Shown here: positions 58,978 through 64,000 of the stretch, piece after piece
How positions within the stretch are numbered: position 1 is the stretch's first letter
Layout of the letters: each line of letters begins with the position of its first letter
From: Candidatus Magasanikbacteria bacterium CG11_big_fil_rev_8_21_14_0_20_39_34
GTDB lineage: Bacteria > Patescibacteriota > Patescibacteriia > Magasanikbacterales > UBA922
Direction of reading: 5' to 3'
DNA length: 64,000 nt
NCBI GenBank assembly: GCA_002787355.1
Contig: PCWN01000008.1
Location: forward strand, 69,873-133,872
The notes under the pieces: generated by a model
The model's database searches: none
What the model was told of the DNA's origin: nothing
What the model saw: the letters and a program-made list of their open reading frames with translations, nothing else
Translations under genes and position numbers: made by a program

Positions 58978-59349
58978 ATGAAGTCCATTCTTGTTATTGA
59001 TGACGAAGCGTTGGTGGCGCGAGCTGCCAGCCGCATCCTGAAGCTTTCGGGCTTCACGGTTATCTGCACCGACAACGGTGCAGATGGGGTGCGACTTGCG
59101 CAGGAGACGGCCTTCGGGCTCATCCTGTGTGACGTCCAGATGACCGGGATGAATGGCGTACAGGTGGTCTGCAACCTTCGGGAGGCAGGCAACAACACCC
59201 CCATCGCCTTCATCACGGGTGGCACCGGACCGCTTGCCGGCCAGGTTCATTCCTTGCTGGAGCAGGGCGCCGTGTGTGCCCTGTTGGATAAGCCGTTTGG
59301 CGTTGACTCCCTCACGGAGCTCGTCACTCGGCTTTTGTCGGAGAGATAG
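58978..59349 (+). CDS. Stand-alone receiver-domain (CheY-like) response regulator
   Basis: ILVIDDE, LILCDVQM (phospho-Asp), FITG, KPF; about 60% GC by eye count. Confidence 0.9.
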   Translation: MKSILVIDDEALVARAASRILKLSGFTVICTDNGADGVRLAQETAFGLILCDVQMTGMNGVQVVCNLREAGNNTPIAFITGGTGPLAGQVHSLLEQGAVCALLDKPFGVDSLTELVTRLLSER

Positions 59350-59382
59350 GAAAGACTTCACCTTTCACTCGAGCAATCGAGC

Positions 59383-59620
59383 AGTCCCGAGCTCTTGAGC
59401 CCGCGGTGAGCCAAACCCACGCATAGCAGATGACTAGGAAAAAGGCATTTTCCGTCAAAATAGACGTGTAGATGTCCACAGATCCCGGTCCTACGCTGTG
59501 GCTGAGGTAAAACTACCTGGAAACGGGTGACACTACCTTGGTGGTGAGGTTATCCGGCGCACCTGGAAACAGGAGTACGGACTCAAACCCACGAAGACTG
59601 GTCAGGCACGGCGCTTGACT
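59383..59620 (+). ncRNA. Candidate large structured ncRNA (raiA-motif-like architecture)
   Basis: No ORF; nested stems, two GAAA tetraloops (plus a GCAA hairpin just upstream), a CUUG loop, long-range 5'/3' pairings; followed by a terminator. Confidence 0.6.
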
Positions 59621-59627
59621 CAATATC

Positions 59628-59657
59628 AAAATTCTCCTTTTTCTGGAGAATTTTTTT
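59628..59657. terminator. Intrinsic terminator
   Basis: AAAATTCTCC-TTTTTCT-GGAGAATTTTTTT. Confidence 0.75.
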
Positions 59658-60471
59658 ATTTAATAAAAAGTTTTTCAAGGTCAGTCCTGTTGGTGATGAC
59701 TATCCTTTTCATCTCCAAAAGCTTTTCCATATTCTGATCACTTCCCGATACCAAAGTCAGGCCAACCTTGTAACCGGCATCTTGTGCCATTTTTTCTATA
59801 TTTTCATTGTACAAACCAAATGGATATGCTATGGAATATACTTCTTTTCCAAGAAGTTTTTCAATCTTCTCTTTACTCTCTACAATTTCTTTTTTGGCTT
59901 CTTCATCTGAAATACGTGTGAGATAAGCATGATACTTTGTATGTGATCCAAACTCCACAAGTCCAGATGCATTCAATTCTAAAATTTGATCATCTGTAAG
60001 CCAATTTTTAGAATGGACATGAGATTGCAAATACATGACCGACTTCATGTTATATTTTTGTAAAAGAGGAAAGGCAATCTTATAAAAATCTTCTGCACCA
60101 TCATCAAAAGTAATAACAAAAGATTTTTGAGGTAAGACTCCCCTTTTTATATAATCCAAAAGTTCTTCAAAAACAAGAGGGTGATAATCTTGGTTGTTAA
60201 GAAGTTGTAATGCTTTTTCAAAATTTTCTGAAGATACATACCACGTTTTTGTATCCTCACCGACTCCATCCGGAGGATTCCCTATGTGGTGATAAAGCAA
60301 AATAGGAAAATGGAATTCACTTTCAATTTTTTCTTCCTTTACTTGGTCTGAAATATCTACTGGTACCGCTAAAGTGCTCGAGACAATATTATCTTCAGAT
60401 GTATATTCCGTACTTCCCCGGTGTAGACAACCACAAAAAAGTAAGCAAACCAAAAAAATTTTCTTTGTCAT
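59656..60471 (-). CDS. Polysaccharide deacetylase (CE4, IcaB-like), putative lipoprotein
   Basis: PILLYH, ITFDDG, GSHT.YH, AYPFG; N-terminal signal ending in GC. Confidence 0.9.
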   Translation of the reverse strand: MTKKIFLVCLLFCGCLHRGSTEYTSEDNIVSSTLAVPVDISDQVKEEKIESEFHFPILLYHHIGNPPDGVGEDTKTWYVSSENFEKALQLLNNQDYHPLVFEELLDYIKRGVLPQKSFVITFDDGAEDFYKIAFPLLQKYNMKSVMYLQSHVHSKNWLTDDQILELNASGLVEFGSHTKYHAYLTRISDEEAKKEIVESKEKIEKLLGKEVYSIAYPFGLYNENIEKMAQDAGYKVGLTLVSGSDQNMEKLLEMKRIVITNRTDLEKLFIK

Positions 60472-60479
60472 AAAAAACT

Positions 60480-61667
60480 CTATATAACAAATGTATAAAG
60501 TGTATATGCAGAAGAAATGACCATCATCAAGGCAATAGCGCTCATGAGAAGAAAGCTATGTTTCAAACCAAATCTTTTTTGTGGGATGTCTCCCTTTTGT
60601 TTTGCTCTATAATAGATCAATAAAAGCAAAAATATTTCAAGACCAATAAATACTCCACCTATGATATCTATGACTGTAATAAAGCTCCGCATTCCTAAAA
60701 GAAAAATAATAAGCGGGATACATATTATAAGCGCTGTTGAAACAAAATAGTTTAATTTAAAATCCCAATTAAAGGAATCCCGCAAAGAAATACCACTCAT
60801 AATAAAATTGGTTGCCATAGCAAGAACCGCAAAAATATTTCCCACAATAAGTATTTTACTCCCCAGAGCAGCCCCCAAACCAATGGTGGCAATTTCTGTG
60901 GTAGACGGTCCTGTCACACCAACCACGATAAAAGAAAATATCACGTAAATAAGTATGTTAAAAATCCCCGCCAAAATAATTGCTTTTTGAAAAAGCCCCT
61001 TTTTCTTCAAGAGGATGCTATGTGCTTCTGGAACCGCGGTAGTTCCATGAAAGGCAAATAAAATTACTCCAAAAGGAAGAAAAAATTGAGACAGATTACT
61101 ATATTCCAAATGAGGAATACTCACATGAGGAGAACTCATCCATACTAAAAATAGCACCACCCCTAATATAAAAAGAGTGAAAAAAAGTTCAACGGTTTTC
61201 ACAGTTCTCATCCCAATAAAAATCAATAAACTTCCAATACAAAAAAATACTAAACTCCAAAAAAATGCATCCCCCGGAAGCAATACCGCAAGCGATTGCC
61301 CAACTCCAATTACATACACAAGCAGTGTTCCCAAAAGCGTAGAATACATTACCAACGCCATCGCCCACTCTCCTCCCTTTCCCAAATACTTATTGGCAAG
61401 ACCCACTAACTGAAATTTTTCTTTGGTACAAATACTCACTTGTCCAACCAAAACGTTGAGCCCCATCATGAGTGCTCCAATACAAACAATTAAAATTACT
61501 CCAATAAAAACCCCTACCTTAGAAATCACATATGGGAGACCCAAAATTCCAGCTCCAATGGTACCACTCATGATAAGAGATATTCCATATAAAAGAGAGG
61601 TGTCCTTAAAAAAAACTCCCTGGTGGACAGCAACTTCCTCATTATGAATTCTTCTATATTTTTTCAT
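60480..61667 (-). CDS. Amino acid permease (aromatic/HAAAP-like)
   Basis: GT.GAGILGLP, about 11 TM helices, PFGVILFAF.G. Confidence 0.85.
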   Translation of the reverse strand: MKKYRRIHNEEVAVHQGVFFKDTSLLYGISLIMSGTIGAGILGLPYVISKVGVFIGVILIVCIGALMMGLNVLVGQVSICTKEKFQLVGLANKYLGKGGEWAMALVMYSTLLGTLLVYVIGVGQSLAVLLPGDAFFWSLVFFCIGSLLIFIGMRTVKTVELFFTLFILGVVLFLVWMSSPHVSIPHLEYSNLSQFFLPFGVILFAFHGTTAVPEAHSILLKKKGLFQKAIILAGIFNILIYVIFSFIVVGVTGPSTTEIATIGLGAALGSKILIVGNIFAVLAMATNFIMSGISLRDSFNWDFKLNYFVSTALIICIPLIIFLLGMRSFITVIDIIGGVFIGLEIFLLLLIYYRAKQKGDIPQKRFGLKHSFLLMSAIALMMVISSAYTLYTFVI

Positions 61668-61721
61668 AGAAAACAGTACAAACGGAACTTAATTCTTCCT
61701 TCCTCCAATTCATCATACATA

Positions 61722-63062
61722 TCATGAAGAAACCATATCTTTCCTGGAAGAGAATCGAGCAATGTAATACATTCCAAAAAGTAAAATAACAACATAAACG
61801 GCATCAGAAAATTCAGGGATGCCAGCAGTCGAACTATATGTAATGGTAGCATCCAAAAGAACTGGTGTATAACTCGAGTTGAGAGTGCTCAGAAATGCCT
61901 TATATTGAAAATAAGAATTATCTGAAACATTTGAAAGGGTTTTACTTGGAGTACCGTTTTCTGCAGAAGTCAACTCACTGTAGTAGGTAGAATTAGTCCC
62001 ATCTGGTCCAATAAAACTTTCTCCAGAACATGCCGAATCATCACAACTGCGTACCTGATATTTGAGAGTGAGTGCTCCACGTTTGTAGATATCAAGCGCC
62101 TCAGTAGCCGTAAGGGCATCTGAAAAAATAGCCAATTCATCTAAACTTCCTGAAAAATAGTTTAATACATGTCCACCATATCCCGTACCAATTCCTAACT
62201 GTGTTGCTGTATTACTATAAGAATATCCGGCCTGCCCCGTGACAGTACTCCCTTCAGCACCATTCACATAAATGTATACTTCATTTGTTGAAGTATACCC
62301 CGTAAAGACCGCAACTACGTGATACCACGTATTGGTAGAAAGGGTCACATTTGACTGTTCCGAACGTATGGTATTTCCATTGCTTGCCGAGTATGCTGCA
62401 CGAAATTTAGAATTATAAATATCCACAGTCCATTCAAAATTGGCGTCTGAAGCAATTCCACCCTTTTCAAGAATTTTTTGTAAACTGGTCACATTACTTC
62501 CCGTTTTCACCCAAAAAGCAACCGATAAATTCCCTGTGGTATTTAAAGAAAGGGCATCACTATCCGAGACGGTTATTTTATCATTCCCGTCAAAACTTAC
62601 CCCCGTATTCAAGATACCCGTGGCACCAAGTGTTGCACCAGTTACTGTTCCCGTATACCCATTGGAGGAGCTGTCCACGAGATCCCCTGATGAGTCATTC
62701 ATATGGTACAACAAAATATTGTCAGTCATATCTATGTTTCCAGCAGTGTATCCGCTATCTGCCCCCTTACTATCGGGAAGTTCCTTTAAGTAGGGCTGAT
62801 AAGGAGACCATGCAAGTGTGGACCAGGTCGCAGAAGATGCAGAGAGTATGCGGGAAGTAAAATTTCCTGAACCATTTGTTAAACCAGTGGAATCAAGTTG
62901 TACTTGTTCACTGGAACACTCGGTATCACTATTGGTTCCACTTCCAAACTCCCCAGTACAACTACTGTCTGTAAAAGTGGAAGCATATACACTTACTGGA
63001 TAGATAACCAAGATAAGTATTGCCAAAAATGAAACACACCTATCAAAAAATGTCTTTCTCAT
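61722..63062 (-). CDS. Secreted S/T-rich LamG-domain protein with PEF-CTERM-like tail
   Basis: Signal peptide; LamG motifs (FDG.D, SVAFWVK, WYHVV, YVNG, FSGSLDELAIF..AL); C-terminal IPEF+TM+RFSSRK. Confidence 0.8.
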   Translation of the reverse strand: MRKTFFDRCVSFLAILILVIYPVSVYASTFTDSSCTGEFGSGTNSDTECSSEQVQLDSTGLTNGSGNFTSRILSASSATWSTLAWSPYQPYLKELPDSKGADSGYTAGNIDMTDNILLYHMNDSSGDLVDSSSNGYTGTVTGATLGATGILNTGVSFDGNDKITVSDSDALSLNTTGNLSVAFWVKTGSNVTSLQKILEKGGIASDANFEWTVDIYNSKFRAAYSASNGNTIRSEQSNVTLSTNTWYHVVAVFTGYTSTNEVYIYVNGAEGSTVTGQAGYSYSNTATQLGIGTGYGGHVLNYFSGSLDELAIFSDALTATEALDIYKRGALTLKYQVRSCDDSACSGESFIGPDGTNSTYYSELTSAENGTPSKTLSNVSDNSYFQYKAFLSTLNSSYTPVLLDATITYSSTAGIPEFSDAVYVVILLFGMYYIARFSSRKDMVSS

Positions 63063-63163
63063 AGTAAGTAAAATCTATTTTTCTTCTCTATTATAACAAA
63101 TTTTTAAAAAGTACTCAAAGAAATCATCTTTGAGTACTTTTTGTTTAATCTCAGTTAGAGTAC

Positions 63164-64000
63164 TTATTCTGGTATGGCTTCCAATTTTACATCCAGTTCC
63201 TTTTCAGAACCTTTGTGAAGTATTTTGAGTTTAAGAGTGTCGCCGACATTTTTCTTTCGTAGAAGAGTAGGAAGGGAACGTGTTTCATCCAACTTCTGCC
63301 CATCAGCTTCCAAAATAATATCATTTTCCTCAAGTCCTGCCTTATCTGCTGGAGATCCTGGGACAATAGGTAACTCCGTACGATTTTCACCACGAATAAT
63401 AAGTACACCATAATCTACCGAAAGTTTGTTGGCCTCCTTGAGTTCTTTGGTGACTGGCACAAATCGTACTCCCAAGAAGGGACGCACAATTTTCCCGTCT
63501 TTTTGCACGGATTCAATTACTCCTTTTAAAAGATTTACCGGCAGGGCAAAACCAATATTTTGTGAACCATTGGCAACGGCAACATTAACCCCAATGACTT
63601 TCCCCTGAAGATCTAATAATGGACCACCGGAATTCCCTGGATTAATGGCAGCATCAGTTTGCACTACCTCATCCAACTGTTCTGAGCCTCCACGACCATC
63701 CCCTGCAACAATGGAACGAGAAAGTCCAGATACCACCCCAACAGACACACTATTTCTAAACTCTCCCAAAGCATTCCCAATAGCAATAACTGATTGTCCC
63801 AATTCAAGATGATCAGAATCATCAAATTCTAAAAATGGAAAGTCTTCTGTTCCCTCTATTTTTAAAACCGCAATATCAAGCACAGGATCACGAGCTAATA
63901 CTTTTGCCTCATACTTATCTTCACTACCATTTCCTAAAAAGACCGTATATTCCGCATTCGGGTCTTCTACAACGTGTTTGTTTGTAATAATCAAACCATC
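63164..64000 (-). CDS. HtrA/DegP serine protease with PDZ (5' end beyond window)
   Basis: ITNKHVV, DIAVLK, QTDAAINPGNSGGPL, PDZ GSPADKAGL; frame open to the window edge. Confidence 0.95.
   Translation of the reverse strand, partial: DGLIITNKHVVEDPNAEYTVFLGNGSEDKYEAKVLARDPVLDIAVLKIEGTEDFPFLEFDDSDHLELGQSVIAIGNALGEFRNSVSVGVVSGLSRSIVAGDGRGGSEQLDEVVQTDAAINPGNSGGPLLDLQGKVIGVNVAVANGSQNIGFALPVNLLKGVIESVQKDGKIVRPFLGVRFVPVTKELKEANKLSVDYGVLIIRGENRTELPIVPGSPADKAGLEENDIILEADGQKLDETRSLPTLLRKKNVGDTLKLKILHKGSEKELDVKLEAIPE

Noticed and set aside
59350-59620. Structured region as RNase P RNA, SRP RNA, riboswitch or CRISPR array
   Set aside because: I could not find the RNase P P4 signatures (GAGGAAAGUCC ... 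AxxCGGCUUA) or the SRP helix 8 motif; it is not 5' of a gene; no regularly spaced repeats.
1-64000. CRISPR arrays, transposases, integrases, prophage, DGR or retron reverse transcriptase, introns/inteins
   Set aside because: No repeat-spacer pattern or diagnostic motifs seen by eye, and housekeeping proteins have about normal lengths; short degenerate elements could have been missed.
1-64000. Stop-codon reassignment (genetic code 25)
   Set aside because: Conserved genes are full length under code 11, and TGA ends several genes (e.g. mutS-like, clpC, pth).

Overview
AT-rich bacterial chromosomal segment in the standard genetic code. Gene content and style (short Rel, short HrcA, VirB2-type pilin fusions, tRNA-Arg(GCG), dispersed intergenic DnaA boxes) suggest a Patescibacteria/CPR (Parcubacteria-like) genome; this is an inference. 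Most of the window is housekeeping: smpB-tmRNA, infC-rpmI-rplT, pheST, rseP, lemA-htpX, clpC, radA, recG, der, pth, dprA-topA, rel, hrcA-grpE-hsp20-dnaK-dnaJ, cca, gpsA, uppP and htrA. No CRISPR array, transposase or prophage was seen. The best leads are: (1) a GC-rich islet at 58.9-59.66 kb, where a lone receiver-domain gene is followed by a ~240-nt multi-stem RNA with GNRA loops that loosely resembles the raiA motif; (2) a tightly coupled operon at 21.8-33.6 kb encoding ClpC, DsbA and two pilin-module proteins fused to cell-wall-type hydrolases (SLT+SGNH; alpha/beta hydrolase + two M15 peptidases); (3) a MutS-HNH (MutS7-type) gene; (4) unannotated small units near rplT/tRNA-Asp, namely an anti-SD-displaying hairpin RNA, a 41-aa basic protein and a 31-aa TM peptide; (5) a cryptic Maf-like gene inside the dnaK-dnaJ operon, a CIRCE variant, a PEF-CTERM-tailed LamG protein and a probable CBS-type GMP reductase. 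All calls come from reading motifs by eye; no searches were run.
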